Assembly: GCA_964524795.1 (NCBI GenBank) | Contig: CAZGEH010000001.1 | Location: 495,298-559,297 of the forward strand | DNA from: an uncultured Acidobacteriota bacterium | GTDB taxonomy: Bacteria; Acidobacteriota; UBA6911; RPQK01; JAPXNP01 | Length of the DNA stretch: 64,000 nucleotides | Direction: 5' to 3' | Shown: in pieces, positions 1-10,437 of the stretch | Layout of the letters: the number at the start of each line of letters is the position of its first letter | How positions within the stretch are numbered: position 1 is the first letter of the stretch | Made by a program: the position numbers and the translations under genes | Notes under the pieces: generated by a model | Database searches by the model: none | What the model saw: the letters and a program-made list of their open reading frames with translations, nothing else | Told to the model about the DNA's origin: nothing

Positions 1-462
1 CACCAGTTGGGCGTGTTCGGCCCGCAGCTTCTCCAGCCGCTCCTGAACCGCCGCCTCCGGCACCTCAGGAGCCGGCACCTCCACTTTCAGGCCACGGTAC
101 TGCGGCAGGGGAACCTCCGGATACACTTCCACCACGGCCTCGTAAGTCAGCGACTGACCCGGCTCCAGCTTCACCGCCTCCAGGCGTGGCTCCCCCAGGG
201 TCCGGAGACTCCGCTCCCGCACCACCTGCCGCAGGGACTGGGGAACCAGTTCCGAAAGCACATCTTCACGGATTTGGGAGGCATACCGCCGTTTGACAAG
301 GTTCAGAGGAGCCTTTCCACGGCGGAAGCCGGGCAGTAGCGCCTGGCGCTGATACTCGCCCGCCACCTTCTCCACTTCCCGGGCGGCGATCTCGGCCGGC
401 ACCTCCACCGTCAGCCTCTTCTTGACCCCGCTGACATCCACCACGTCGGCACGCACTTCCAT
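1..462 (-). CDS. tig: trigger factor, N-terminal part (gene continues past window start)
   Basis: Reverse-strand translation from ATG (460-462) gives MEVRADVVDVSGVKKRLTVEVPAEI...FRRGKAPLNLVKRRYASQIREDVL, which matches the conserved ribosome-binding N-domain of trigger factor (compare E. coli [24 protein letters not shown]). The ORF runs off the window edge, so it is absent from the ORF track. Confidence 0.8.
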   Translation of the reverse strand, partial: MEVRADVVDVSGVKKRLTVEVPAEIAAREVEKVAGEYQRQALLPGFRRGKAPLNLVKRRYASQIREDVLSELVPQSLRQVVRERSLRTLGEPRLEAVKLEPGQSLTYEAVVEVYPEVPLPQYRGLKVEVPAPEVPEAAVQERLEKLRAEHAQLV

Positions 463-828
463 CCCGGCTATTGTACTGAAACGCGGTGCCGTCTGCGGGT
501 CCTGTGCCCCTGCTGTAAAGTTCGCAGCCCGCCTGCCGATTCAGTTCTGTGAGGCGTTCGCCGGCAGCGGCCAAGAGCCGGCGGGACCGGACTGGGACCG
601 ACACCGTCGGAAGGGATCCGGCCCGCACCAGCGAACACACTGAGCTCGACCGCGGGGTGTCTGCGGTCCCAACAGCAACCGGAGGCAATCATGACGTCCC
701 ACTCACGACAGTACCCACCTGCTGGGTGCTGACGCCCGACCTCCGACTCCAGCCAGACGCAGGTCGAAGCGCGGCACGCCTGGCGTCTGCACTCCGGAAA
801 CTCAAGCTGCCCGCACTGTGAGGACAAC

Positions 829-2916
829 ATGTTGAATCGCATCAAGCTCGGACCAAAACTCATCGGGGGGTTCGCAACCGTCGCCGCCATCGCCGCCCTG
901 ATCGGGGTTTTCGGTGTCATGCAGCTTCAGCAGCTCAGCGAACAAGACATCGTCCTGCTGGAGCAGGGAACCAAGCCCCTGGCGACCCTGATCGCCGCTG
1001 TCCAGAATTACCAGCACTTCCGGATCAACCTCCGGGACGCCACGCAGGCCGACGATTCCTCCCGGATCCAGGACCGCCTGCGGCAGATGGACCAAGGCTG
1101 GCAAACCTTCCAGCAGGCGGTGGAGGATTATGACAAGCATTGCATGACCGAGGAGTGCCACCGGCTTGTGGGCGAACTCCGTCAGGCCTCCGGGGAGTAC
1201 CAGGACGTGGTGCGGCGGGTGCGCCCGCTGGTGGAGCAGAATCGGGACGAGCCGGCCTGGGAGCTGATCGCCGGCGAGGGCGCCGCCGTCGCCAGCCGTC
1301 TTGAGACTGCGTTACAGAGGGTAATCGATCAGAAGATCGAGCTGACCGAGCAGATCGAACAGGCCAACTCTGCCGCCGCCAACCGCGCGACCGCCGCCAT
1401 GATCGGCCTTGCCGTGGCGGGAGCGATGCTGGCGTTCGGCTTCGGAGCGTTCCTGTCCCGCTCCCTCACCCGGCCGCTGGGTGCCGCCGTGGAAATGATC
1501 CAGGAGATGGGAAAGGGACACCTGAGCCGCCGCCTGAACCTCGACCGGGAGGACGAGATCGGCGTGCTGGCCCGCACCATGGACCAGTTTGCCAGCGACC
1601 TCCAGAACTTGGTGGTTGGCGTCCTCAAGCGCATCGCCGGTGGAGACGTGTCGATGGACGTCGGGGCCAAGGGCCCCCACGATGAGATCGCCCCGTCCCT
1701 GGAGATGCTGACCAGGACCCTGCGCGGGCTGATCGCCGAGATCGCCAAACTGCGTGAGGCCGCCCTCGATGGCCGGCTTGGTACCCGCAGTAATGCCGCC
1801 GCCTTCACCGGAGCCTGGAAGGAAGTCCTGGAGGGATTCAACCAGACCCTGGATGCGGTCCTGGAACCCGTCAACGAAGCGACGCAGGTTCTGGAGAAGG
1901 TCGCCGACCGTGACCTGACCGCCCGGGTTCGGGGGGACTACCGGGGCGACCACGCCCGCATCAAGAACGCCGTCAATCAGGCAGTCGACAACCTTGATTC
2001 TGGGCTGCAGCAGGTGGCCGTAAGCGCCGCCCAGGTGGCATCCGCTTCCGGCCAGATCAGCTCCGGCAGCCAGAGTCTGGCCCAGGGCGCCTCCGAGCAG
2101 GCCAGCACGCTGGAAGAGGTCTCCAGTTCGCTGCAGGAGGTGACCTCCATGGCGGCTTCCAACGCCTCCTTCGCCCAGGAGGCCCAAACCCTGGCGCTTC
2201 AGGCAAAGGAAAGCTCTACCAGCGGAATGCGCAATATGGAGCTCCTCTCTGAAGCGATCCGCAAGATCAAGGCTTCTTCGGATGAGACTGCCAAGATTGT
2301 CCGGACCATCGATGAGATCGCCTTCCAGACCAACCTGCTGGCACTGAACGCAGCCGTGGAAGCGGCCCGTGCGGGGGAGGCCGGCAAAGGCTTCGCGGTG
2401 GTGGCAGAAGAGGTTCGAAACCTCGCCATCCGTTGCGCGGAAGCCGCGAAGAGTACCGCCAACCTCATCGAAGGGTCCGTAAAGAACTCCGATGAAGGCG
2501 TCCGCATCAACGCCCAGGTCCTCAAGGATCTCCAGGAGATCGCTCAGCAGGTGGAGCGGGTGAGTCAGGGAATGCAGGAGATCGCCACCGCTTCTGAACA
2601 GCAGCGTCAGGGGATCGACCAGGTCAATACCGCCGTCGAACAGATGAGCCAGCTCACCCAGTCCAGTGCCGCCAATGCCGAGGAGTCGGCCAGCGCCGCC
2701 GAGGAGCTGAACGGGCAAGCCGAGGAACTGAACCAGCTGGTTGCGGGATTCCGGCTGTCAGCCGGTGCCGCCATGGCAGTCCCGGCGGCGGTCGGTCCCC
2801 AGCCAGCAGTCAGCTCCGCGGTCGCCGCGAAGGTCAACGGCAAGGACCGGAACTGGAAGCCGAAGACCAGGCGGCTGGTGCTGGAGGACTCGGCTGAACA
2901 TCTGGCTCAGTTCTGA
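829..2916 (+). CDS. methyl-accepting chemotaxis protein (HAMP plus MCP signalling domain)
   Basis: 695-aa ORF with an N-terminal TM/sensor region, a HAMP-like segment and a C-terminal highly conserved MCP signalling region ([38 protein letters not shown]). GAGGA Shine-Dalgarno 5 nt upstream. Confidence 0.9.
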   Translation: MLNRIKLGPKLIGGFATVAAIAALIGVFGVMQLQQLSEQDIVLLEQGTKPLATLIAAVQNYQHFRINLRDATQADDSSRIQDRLRQMDQGWQTFQQAVEDYDKHCMTEECHRLVGELRQASGEYQDVVRRVRPLVEQNRDEPAWELIAGEGAAVASRLETALQRVIDQKIELTEQIEQANSAAANRATAAMIGLAVAGAMLAFGFGAFLSRSLTRPLGAAVEMIQEMGKGHLSRRLNLDREDEIGVLARTMDQFASDLQNLVVGVLKRIAGGDVSMDVGAKGPHDEIAPSLEMLTRTLRGLIAEIAKLREAALDGRLGTRSNAAAFTGAWKEVLEGFNQTLDAVLEPVNEATQVLEKVADRDLTARVRGDYRGDHARIKNAVNQAVDNLDSGLQQVAVSAAQVASASGQISSGSQSLAQGASEQASTLEEVSSSLQEVTSMAASNASFAQEAQTLALQAKESSTSGMRNMELLSEAIRKIKASSDETAKIVRTIDEIAFQTNLLALNAAVEAARAGEAGKGFAVVAEEVRNLAIRCAEAAKSTANLIEGSVKNSDEGVRINAQVLKDLQEIAQQVERVSQGMQEIATASEQQRQGIDQVNTAVEQMSQLTQSSAANAEESASAAEELNGQAEELNQLVAGFRLSAGAAMAVPAAVGPQPAVSSAVAAKVNGKDRNWKPKTRRLVLEDSAEHLAQF

Positions 2917-2967
2917 GCGGGAGTGAAGGGACTCAAAAGACCAGACGGACCCGGGACGCTGGAATCG

Positions 2968-2984
2968 GCCGGGAGGGGCCCGGC
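2968..2984. terminator. GC hairpin between convergent MCP and permease genes (possible bidirectional terminator)
   Basis: GCCGGG-agggg-CCCGGC perfect 6-bp stem between the stop codons at 2916 and 2987. There is no T-tract, as is common in GC-rich genomes. Confidence 0.25.
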
Positions 2985-2986
2985 GG

Positions 2987-4270
2987 CTACTCGTGCCGCA
3001 GGGCCTCTACCGGGTCCAGGGCGGCGGCCCGGCGGGCGGGCCAGAAACCGGCGGCCACTCCGACCCCCAGTGACGCCGCAACTCCGGCTGCCACCGCCCA
3101 GTTGGGCGGCACCGCTGAAAAACCCTGCAGCACCAGTTTGAGCAGCAGGCCCAGAGCCACTGACAGTCCCACACCGAGTATCCCGCCGATTCCCGACAGC
3201 ACCGACGCTTCCACCAGAAACTGCGCCAACACCCACCGCCGCCGCGCCCCCAGCGCCAAGCGGAGCCCTACCTCCCGGGTTCGCTCGGTGACGGCAATCA
3301 GCATCACGTTGGCGATCCCGATCCCGCCGATAAGCAGGCTGATCGCCGCCAGAGCGAAAGTGGCGGACGCGATCCGAACACTAAGCTCATCGAAGGTCCG
3401 GATGATGGACTCCGAGGTGGACAAAGTGAAGTCGTCCGGTTGCTCCGGCCGCAATTGCCGCAGCCGGCGCAGAATGAACCGGCTCTGCTCGAAGGCCTGG
3501 TCTCGCTGGCCGGGCTGGGCCCTGATGTAAAGGACGACCCGGTCGGCGCCACTGAACCGCCGCGTGGCGGCTCCCAGAGGGATGGCCAGCACATTGTCCT
3601 GACGATTCTCTCCGAAGAATCCGCCCCGGCGGCGGGCCAGCTCTCCCACAACGATATAGGACTCGCCGGCCAACGTGAGCTTGCGTCCCACAGTGGCTCC
3701 CTCTCCGAACAGGGCGCGAGCGACGTTGGGGCCCACCACCGCTACCCGCGCACCCGCGCGATCCTCCAGTTCACTGAAAGGCCGCCCGGCCCGGAACTCC
3801 GCTCCCACCACGGCGAAGAAATTGGCCGACACCCCCTCCACCAGCACGGTATCGCTTTCGTTCCCACCCGCCCGGGCCACCAGGGGCCGTCCCCCCACCA
3901 CCGACGGAACCTGCAGTTGCACGCCCACCTCGCGCACGGACTCCGCCAGGCGCTCAATCTCCCGGGCAAAGGAAGCCTTCAGCGGCTTCCGGTTCAGCTC
4001 GGCCTCCGTAGCCTCGGCGTAAGGATCGCCGGTAAGGTGGAAGGCAAACACATTTTCCGTACCGAGCTCACGAAACAGCAGGGCCACCTGGTCCCGCAGA
4101 TTCGAAAGGATCGACGCCACCAGCACCACGGTGACGATTCCAATAATCACACCCGATACGGCAAGAAATGACCGCAGCCGGTTCGCCAGCATGGAATCGA
4201 GCGCCTGCCGGCAGGCGTCGGCAAGGGATGAAAGCCAGCGGCTGAGAGGGTTCCGATCCGTTTTCCGCAT
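2987..4270 (-). CDS. ABC transporter permease, MacB/FtsX family
   Basis: C-terminal FtsX-type 4-TM module (LIAVTERTREVGLRLALGARRRWVLAQFLVEASVLSGIGG) and an N-terminal MacB-like periplasmic domain. Start moved to the internal ATG (MRKTDRN..., 4268-4270) because the track ORF extension overlaps the upstream gene. Confidence 0.85.
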   Translation of the reverse strand: MRKTDRNPLSRWLSSLADACRQALDSMLANRLRSFLAVSGVIIGIVTVVLVASILSNLRDQVALLFRELGTENVFAFHLTGDPYAEATEAELNRKPLKASFAREIERLAESVREVGVQLQVPSVVGGRPLVARAGGNESDTVLVEGVSANFFAVVGAEFRAGRPFSELEDRAGARVAVVGPNVARALFGEGATVGRKLTLAGESYIVVGELARRRGGFFGENRQDNVLAIPLGAATRRFSGADRVVLYIRAQPGQRDQAFEQSRFILRRLRQLRPEQPDDFTLSTSESIIRTFDELSVRIASATFALAAISLLIGGIGIANVMLIAVTERTREVGLRLALGARRRWVLAQFLVEASVLSGIGGILGVGLSVALGLLLKLVLQGFSAVPPNWAVAAGVAASLGVGVAAGFWPARRAAALDPVEALRHE

Positions 4271-4277
4271 CGCCGTG

Positions 4278-5513
4278 TCATTCCAGGCGTAAAGCGTTGA
4301 CCACCTCGATCCGGGACGCCCGGCGCGCCGGGTAGAAACCGGCCGCCAAACCGGCCAGGGCGGCCGCCAACAAGCCCAGCACCAAGGTGCTCTGCCCCAG
4401 CTCAACAGCGAAGTCCAGGACCGATGACAGGACTGCCAAGAGAGCCTCGGCCAACAGGAGGCCCAAGACTCCCCCGACGAGCGAGATCAATGTTGACTCC
4501 GCCAGCACCTCCATCACCACCCGTCGGCGCGTCGCTCCTACCGCACGTCGGACCCCGATCTCCCGCGTTCGCTGAGTCACCGATACCAGGCTGGTGTTGG
4601 TCACGACCACCACCGCTGCCAGCAGCGCCAGCAGCGAGACCGGCCCCACGGCGGCACCAATCCGTTCCGAGAGCTGCAGCACAAAACCTCGTGCCGCCTC
4701 CGGACTGAGGAGGTCGAAGTTGTCCGGGCGAGCCGGCCCGAGATGCCGGCGGGAACGCATGGCAGTCCGGGTCAGCGCTTCCGCCCGTTCCGTCCGCTCG
4801 GGGTCCCGTGCCCGGGCAAAAACCTGCAGGCTCGCCGGCGCCCCAAAGGTACGTTCGAAGGCTTTCAGGGGGATCCAAACGTAGCGGTCCAGGGAGACGC
4901 CGCCGCCGGTACCTTGTCTGCTTTGCACCCCTATGACCCGAAAACCGCGGCCCCCGAGACGAACCAGCCGGCCCAGGGGATCCTGGCCGGGGAGAACAAG
5001 ATCGGCGACCTCCGCCCCGATCACCGCCACCTGTGCTCCGTTCCGGGCTTCCGCCTCCCCGAAAAACCGGCCCTCCCTGATTCCCAAATCACGGATTGCG
5101 AACAGCTCCGGCGAAGTTCCGTTGATGGCGACGCCTTCCAGCTTTCTTGAGCCGGCCACTACCTCGCCGCGGCTCTGGATCACCGGGGCATACAGGACCT
5201 CGGCGGAGGTACTCCGTTCCAGAAAACGCACGTCGCTGCGGCGGATCACGGGGTTGCGCTGCAGGCGTTCGGCCAGCTCACGGCGGCTCCACGGTCCGGG
5301 AATAACTTGCGCCAGCAGATAGCTGTCACTGCCGAACGCCCGGGTGCTGCTGATCCTGGCGTATTGCCGGAAGCCCTGCAGACCGCTGACAACCACCGCC
5401 GTCGTGGCCACGGCAACGGCCATCGCCACCACCGAAAGGACTGTCCGCAGAGGATGGCCCGCAGCCGACACTGTGGCCTCGGCCGCCACATTCCACCAGG
5501 TCCGTATCCCCAA
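4278..5513 (-). CDS. ABC transporter permease, MacB/FtsX family (second, tandem copy)
   Basis: Paralogous architecture (N-terminal TM, periplasmic domain, C-terminal FtsX motif VTQRTREIGVRRAVGATRRRVVMEVLAEST). 7-bp gap to the downstream permease. Confidence 0.85.
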   Translation of the reverse strand: MGIRTWWNVAAEATVSAAGHPLRTVLSVVAMAVAVATTAVVVSGLQGFRQYARISSTRAFGSDSYLLAQVIPGPWSRRELAERLQRNPVIRRSDVRFLERSTSAEVLYAPVIQSRGEVVAGSRKLEGVAINGTSPELFAIRDLGIREGRFFGEAEARNGAQVAVIGAEVADLVLPGQDPLGRLVRLGGRGFRVIGVQSRQGTGGGVSLDRYVWIPLKAFERTFGAPASLQVFARARDPERTERAEALTRTAMRSRRHLGPARPDNFDLLSPEAARGFVLQLSERIGAAVGPVSLLALLAAVVVVTNTSLVSVTQRTREIGVRRAVGATRRRVVMEVLAESTLISLVGGVLGLLLAEALLAVLSSVLDFAVELGQSTLVLGLLAAALAGLAAGFYPARRASRIEVVNALRLE

Positions 5514-5544
5514 TCGAGTTTCCCCTCATGCCCACAGGACAGAC

Positions 5545-6822
5545 ATGCTAGATTTGACAACCATGATACGCCGCCTGTCGCCCCTGTTCATCGTGCTCGC
5601 CGCCGGCGGGGGCGGCGCCTACCTGTGGCTGAGACCAGCAGAGGCGGGTGTCGAGGTGGAGACCGTTGAGGCCGCCAGGCGGGAACTGTTCCAGTCCTGG
5701 GTGACAGCTTCCGGGGAGATCGTTGCGACCCGTTACGCCGACATCGGTACCGATGTGATGGGGAAGATCGTGGAGCTGGCGGTGGCGGAGGGACAGGCGG
5801 TGAGAGCCGGCCAAGTCCTGGCCCGCATCGACCCGGTTCCGGCTTCCGCCGAGCTGGAGGCGGCCGAAGGCCAGGTACGGGTATTCGAAGCCGAACGCGA
5901 CGCCGCCCTGCAAGATGCGTCGGCGGTCGAAGCACAGTTAACCCGCAACCGGGCGCTTCTGGAAGAGGCCCGACTGAATCTGGACCGGGCGGAGCGCCTG
6001 CTGATGCGGGGCGTCGTGGCACAGGCTGAAGTCGATCGCCATCGCACCGAAGTGGGACGGCTGCGGGCCGAGATGGCCGCGGCTGAAGCGGCCGTCCAGC
6101 GGAGCCGTGAGGCGGTGACGGCTGCCGAGCGGCGGATTGCTCAGGCAGGGGCCCAGGTTAAACGGACTCGGGACACTTACGCCAAGACCGAGATTCGCTC
6201 TCCCCTGTCCGGCGTCGTATCCCGACTGAACGTCCGGGAAGGGGAGATGGTGGTGGTGGGCATCCAGAACCAGCCTGGGACCACCCTGATGACAGTCTCC
6301 GATCTGAGCGCGGTAAATGCGGAGGTCAAGGTGGCGGAGGCTGAGATCCTGCGGGTGAAGCTGGGTCAACCGGCGCGGGTTCTCCTGGATGCTCTGGGAG
6401 GTCGCGAGTTTTCGGGTGAGGTTGTGGAAATCGGCACCAGCGCTTTGCCCCAGGGAGGAATCGGGGCGGCTGCGCGGGAGTTCAAGGTCGTGGTCCGGAT
6501 CCGGGAGGCGAACCCCGGACTGCGCCCCGGGCTCACCTGCGACGTGGAGATTCTGGCCGACGAGATCCCGGCGGCGGTTACAGTGCCTCTGCAGGCCGTC
6601 GTGATCCGCCGGATCGATGGAGAAGACCGGACGGGAGTTTTTCTCCTCCAGGAGGGGCGGGCGGAGTTTCACCCGGTGGTTCCCGGCGTCATCGGGGGTC
6701 TGGAGATGGCGGTACAAGGCCTGGACCCCGGCCTCCAGGTCATCTCGGGGCCGTTCCAGGTGTTGCGGGAGCTTCAGCCGGGGGTTCCGGTGCGGCGGTC
6801 CGGAATGGACCAGATGAGGTAG
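5545..6822 (+). CDS. HlyD/MacA-family periplasmic adaptor (membrane fusion protein)
   Basis: Signal anchor (MIRRLSPLFIVLAAGGGG), a long coiled-coil stretch (LEAAEGQVRVFEAERDAALQ...RLRAEMAAAEAAVQRSREAV), then beta-barrel/lipoyl-like motifs (TEIRSPLSGVVSRLNVREGEMV). Divergent from the permease pair. Start taken at ATG 5545; ATG 5563 is an alternative. Confidence 0.8.
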   Translation: MLDLTTMIRRLSPLFIVLAAGGGGAYLWLRPAEAGVEVETVEAARRELFQSWVTASGEIVATRYADIGTDVMGKIVELAVAEGQAVRAGQVLARIDPVPASAELEAAEGQVRVFEAERDAALQDASAVEAQLTRNRALLEEARLNLDRAERLLMRGVVAQAEVDRHRTEVGRLRAEMAAAEAAVQRSREAVTAAERRIAQAGAQVKRTRDTYAKTEIRSPLSGVVSRLNVREGEMVVVGIQNQPGTTLMTVSDLSAVNAEVKVAEAEILRVKLGQPARVLLDALGGREFSGEVVEIGTSALPQGGIGAAAREFKVVVRIREANPGLRPGLTCDVEILADEIPAAVTVPLQAVVIRRIDGEDRTGVFLLQEGRAEFHPVVPGVIGGLEMAVQGLDPGLQVISGPFQVLRELQPGVPVRRSGMDQMR

Positions 6823-6850
6823 GGACCCAGCCGCCGGACTGTCCCCGGAA

Positions 6851-6880
6851 TTGACACTTCCGGCACCCGGGCCGTAAAAT
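6851..6880 (+). promoter_or_regulatory. sigma70-type promoter for tRNA-Lys
   Basis: TTGACA (6851-6856), 18-nt spacer, TAAAAT (6875-6880), about 20 nt upstream of the tRNA 5' end. Confidence 0.5.
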
Positions 6881-6901
6881 TCTGAGCTTTCCCGACGGGG
6901 T

Positions 6902-6976
6902 GGGCCGCTAGCTCAATGGTAGAGCAAGTGACTCTTAATCACTAGGTTCCAGGTTCGAGTCCTGGGCGGCTCACCA
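6902..6976 (+). tRNA. tRNA-Lys (anticodon CTT), CCA encoded
   Basis: Cloverleaf folded by hand: acceptor GGGCCGC/GCGGCTC (one G-U), D stem GCTC/GAGC, anticodon stem AGTGA/TCACT with loop CTCTTAA (anticodon CTT), T stem CCAGG/CCTGG with TTCGAGT loop, discriminator A, then CCA. Confidence 0.9.
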
Positions 6977-7141
6977 GAGCCTCGCCACTCCCGGTGCCCT
7001 GCCTTGACTCGGATCACACGGATCACGCGGGTCCGCCGCCTTGTCTGGACCATCTCCCCTGACGGTCTCTACGGGTCGCTTGGAGTCGAGGGCCCGCTGG
7101 TCTAACCTTTGCCAGATAGCCAGTGAACTCTGGAGGACCTC

Positions 7142-10100
7142 ATGTGGAGAAGCCGGCTCATCTTGACAGCTCTGGTCACCTGCACGCCCAGTCTGTACGC
7201 CCAAACCTCGACCGCCCGGATCTGGGAAGAGGACCTGGTCATTCCAACATGGAAGATCGGCCCTCCCGAAGCGAATCCCACCTTCGAGTGGAGCTCCCGC
7301 CGTCAGGAAGTCTACCCCTATCCCTATAAAGAGATTCTCACTGACGAGAAGACCGACCAGACCTATAGGGCTTGCTGGATCGAGAACGAGTTCATCAAGG
7401 TCCTCGTCCTGCCGGAGATCGGCGGCCGCCTCCATGGAGCACTCGACAAGACCAACGGCTACCGTTTCTTCTACTGGCAGCCCACCATCAGACCGGCACT
7501 TGTAGGGATGACCGGCGCCTGGATCTCCGGAGGAATCGAGTGGAATTTCCCGCATGGACATCGCCCCACCGGTTTCAGCCGGGTCCAGTATCGGCTGGTG
7601 GAGAATCCTGACGGCAGCAGGACAGTCTGGGTTGGAGAGCCGGAACTGGTACATCGGATGCGATGGATCGTCGGGCTGACCGTCTACCCCGGCCGCAGCG
7701 TCATCGAAGCCAAGGTACGACTCTACAACCCCACACCTCTCCGCCACTCGTTCATGATGTGGACCACCACCGCGGTCCATGCCAACGACGATTACCAGGC
7801 TGTCTTCCCCACCCGGGGAATGACTGGACATGGCAAGTACGAATTCTTCAACTGGCCCGTCCATGAAGGGGTGGATATCAGCTGGTGGAAAAACGTGCCC
7901 AACGCGGCCAGCTTCTTTGCCCTGGAGCCAGGCGGATTCTTCGGCGGCTGGGATCACGGCCGCCGGGCGGGGACGGTCATCGTCGGAGACCCGGGGATCG
8001 TCATCGGCAAGAAGTTCTGGACTTGGGGGACGGCACCTTTCGGAAGGCTTTGGGAGCCGATCCTCACCGACGGCGGCGGACCCTACCTGGAACCCCAGGC
8101 GGGAGCCTACTCCGACAACCAGCCTGACTACCACTGGATGGAACCAGGCGAAGTGAAGAGCTTCAGCCATTTCTTCTTTCCGGTCAGGGATATCGGCCTC
8201 TTCAAGGAAGCCAACGTACACGGCGCACTGAACCTGGAGGTGGAGGCCGATGCGCTCCATCTCGGCGTTTACTCCACCGCCATTCTGAAAGGGGCCCGAA
8301 TCCTGGTGCACCGGGGGGAACAGGAAATCTTCAGCCGGACTGTGGATCTTGACCCCGGCCGTCCGTTTGTCCAACGCGTGCCAATGGCAGGGGCGGCTTC
8401 AGATCCCTATGCCTTCCGGCTCTCGCTGGCCGACGCCGAGGGCGAGACTCTGCTCAGCTACCAGCCCAAGCCGACCGAACCGATGACGCTCCCGAAACCG
8501 ACGGAGAATTTCCCGAAACCCGAGGAGATCGCCTTCCAGGACCAGCTCTGGCACGCCGGTGACTGGACCTACAAGTTCCGGGAGCCGGGAGGGGGGCGGG
8601 TCTATTTCGAGGAAGCCCTTAGAAGGGACCCCGGCGATTCCCGATCCAACATCTCGATGGCGGAGCTCGAGATCAAGTCCTTGCGATACGAGCGGGCGCT
8701 GGAGCACCTCCAGCGGGCCGCCGCCCGCGATCCCGATAACGGGCGGATTTTCTATCTTCGCGGTATCGCCCTGGAGGCCCTCGGCCGTTACCGGGAGGCC
8801 CACGATGCCTTCTATCGCGCCAGCCATGCGGAATCTGAACTCGGCCGGGCCAACGCCCGGCTGGCCGCCCTGGCGTTGCGGCGGGGAGACGCCGCAACGG
8901 CGGTCGACTTCATCAGTCGGGCCCTGGAAAACAACTCCCTGAACCCCCAGTGGTGGGATATGAAAGCCACCGCTTTGCGTCACGCCGATCTCAGGGCGGC
9001 GGCGGAAAAGGCTGCCCGGCACGCGCTGGAGCTGGATCCTCTGGACGGCTGGGCCGCCCACGAACTGCACGTCCTCGCTCCCGGCCGCGGTGGCAATGCC
9101 GAGGCCCGTCTGGTCTCGCACCTCCTGCACAACCCCCAGACCGCCCTGGAAACCGTCCTGGGATACATCGGGATGGGGCTGTATCGGGACGCCGATGACC
9201 TGCTGGCGACGGTGCCGGAGGATGCGCTGGTCCGGTACTACCGGGGCTTCGTGGCCGCCCGGCTGGGGGACCAGGAGCGGGCGCGGCGATACTTCCGGCA
9301 GGCGGCGGAGGCATCATTGGACTCGGTCTTCGCCTTTCGCGCCGAAGAAACCGAGGTCTTCCGTACGGCACTGGAGTTCCAGCCTGAGGATGGCCGCGCC
9401 AATTATTTCCTCGGCCTGGTTTATGCCAAGGCTGGAGACGTGGACAAGGCGGCGGCCGAGTGGCAGGAGGCAGTCCGCCTGGAACCGGGAAACGCCCGGG
9501 CCTGGAGAAACCTCGGGCTGGCGCTGGCCCGGCAAGGCCGCGAGGCGCTGCCTCGGGCACTCGAGTGCTATGAAAAGGCGGCCCGCCTGCTGCCGAGGGA
9601 CTCCCGGATCCTCCTCGAGCTGGACGAGATCAGGGAACGGCAGGGCGTCAGCGGCCGCCAGCGGCTGGAAGCCCTCCAACGGCAACGGGAGACAGTCGTG
9701 GAGAGGGACGAGCTGGTAGCCCGGCTGGTGGACCTCCTGATCGCGGAAGGCGACCATGCCGGAGCTCTGGAGTACCTGGATCGCCACCATTTCAACACGT
9801 GGGAGGGCAGTTACGGGATTCACAACGCCTATATCGAGGCCCACGTCGGAGTCGCTGAAAGGTCCAGCGACCCCCGCGAAGCACTGGCCCATTACCTGAA
9901 GGCCTGCGAGTATCCCATGAATCTTGAGGTGGCTCCCAGGGAACCCAACCTGCGTGGATTCCTTTACTACCCCATGGCCCGCCTCTACTCCAAGATCGGG
10001 GACAACACGGAAGCCCGACGGCTGCTCGAAGTGACTGCCGGGGAGAGCACCGAATACCCGACACTCGCCACTTTTTATCAGGCGTTGGCGCTGCGCGATT

Positions 10101-10369
10101 TGGGGCGCGAAGGCGATGCCGCACGACTGCTCTCGGAGCTGGAGGCGGAGGCCCGCCGCCTGATCGGGGCGGACTCCCAGCACTATCGGCGGATGGCAGA
10201 CCAGGACCAGCAGGCCCTGGGCCATTACTACCTGTCCCGGGTGCTTGAAGCTCGGGGCCAGACCCGGGAGGCGCAACAGGAGCTGGATGCCGCCCGGGGG
10301 CTGGAGCCCGGGATCGCCCGCGAAGCGGTCATGATCGCCCAACGCGTTTTTGCCAGGGCTCACCAGTAA
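7142..10369 (+). CDS. secreted DUF5107-like domain protein with long C-terminal TPR repeat region
   Basis: 1075 aa with a signal peptide (MWRSRLILTALVTCTPSLYAQ). The N-terminal about 400 aa resemble the DUF5107 family (motifs FYWQP, GGIEWNFPHGH, FMMWTT). The C-terminal about 600 aa consist of tetratricopeptide repeats (ALEHLQRAAARDPDNG..., YFLGLVYAKAGDVDKAAAEWQEAVRLEP). GGAGGA Shine-Dalgarno. Confidence 0.75.
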   Translation: MWRSRLILTALVTCTPSLYAQTSTARIWEEDLVIPTWKIGPPEANPTFEWSSRRQEVYPYPYKEILTDEKTDQTYRACWIENEFIKVLVLPEIGGRLHGALDKTNGYRFFYWQPTIRPALVGMTGAWISGGIEWNFPHGHRPTGFSRVQYRLVENPDGSRTVWVGEPELVHRMRWIVGLTVYPGRSVIEAKVRLYNPTPLRHSFMMWTTTAVHANDDYQAVFPTRGMTGHGKYEFFNWPVHEGVDISWWKNVPNAASFFALEPGGFFGGWDHGRRAGTVIVGDPGIVIGKKFWTWGTAPFGRLWEPILTDGGGPYLEPQAGAYSDNQPDYHWMEPGEVKSFSHFFFPVRDIGLFKEANVHGALNLEVEADALHLGVYSTAILKGARILVHRGEQEIFSRTVDLDPGRPFVQRVPMAGAASDPYAFRLSLADAEGETLLSYQPKPTEPMTLPKPTENFPKPEEIAFQDQLWHAGDWTYKFREPGGGRVYFEEALRRDPGDSRSNISMAELEIKSLRYERALEHLQRAAARDPDNGRIFYLRGIALEALGRYREAHDAFYRASHAESELGRANARLAALALRRGDAATAVDFISRALENNSLNPQWWDMKATALRHADLRAAAEKAARHALELDPLDGWAAHELHVLAPGRGGNAEARLVSHLLHNPQTALETVLGYIGMGLYRDADDLLATVPEDALVRYYRGFVAARLGDQERARRYFRQAAEASLDSVFAFRAEETEVFRTALEFQPEDGRANYFLGLVYAKAGDVDKAAAEWQEAVRLEPGNARAWRNLGLALARQGREALPRALECYEKAARLLPRDSRILLELDEIRERQGVSGRQRLEALQRQRETVVERDELVARLVDLLIAEGDHAGALEYLDRHHFNTWEGSYGIHNAYIEAHVGVAERSSDPREALAHYLKACEYPMNLEVAPREPNLRGFLYYPMARLYSKIGDNTEARRLLEVTAGESTEYPTLATFYQALALRDLGREGDAARLLSELEAEARRLIGADSQHYRRMADQDQQALGHYYLSRVLEARGQTREAQQELDAARGLEPGIAREAVMIAQRVFARAHQ

Positions 10370-10437
10370 CGGCCCCGACAGCGTGACCGGCAAGGCCTCT
10401 TGCTCCACCCGGGATTTGGAGGCTACCATCTAGCGTC

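Noticed and set aside
6977-7141. possible attachment-site repeat or island boundary after tRNA-Lys
   Set aside because: No copy of the tRNA 3' end and no compositional shift in the following genes. The region carries only a GGAGGA Shine-Dalgarno for the DUF5107 gene.
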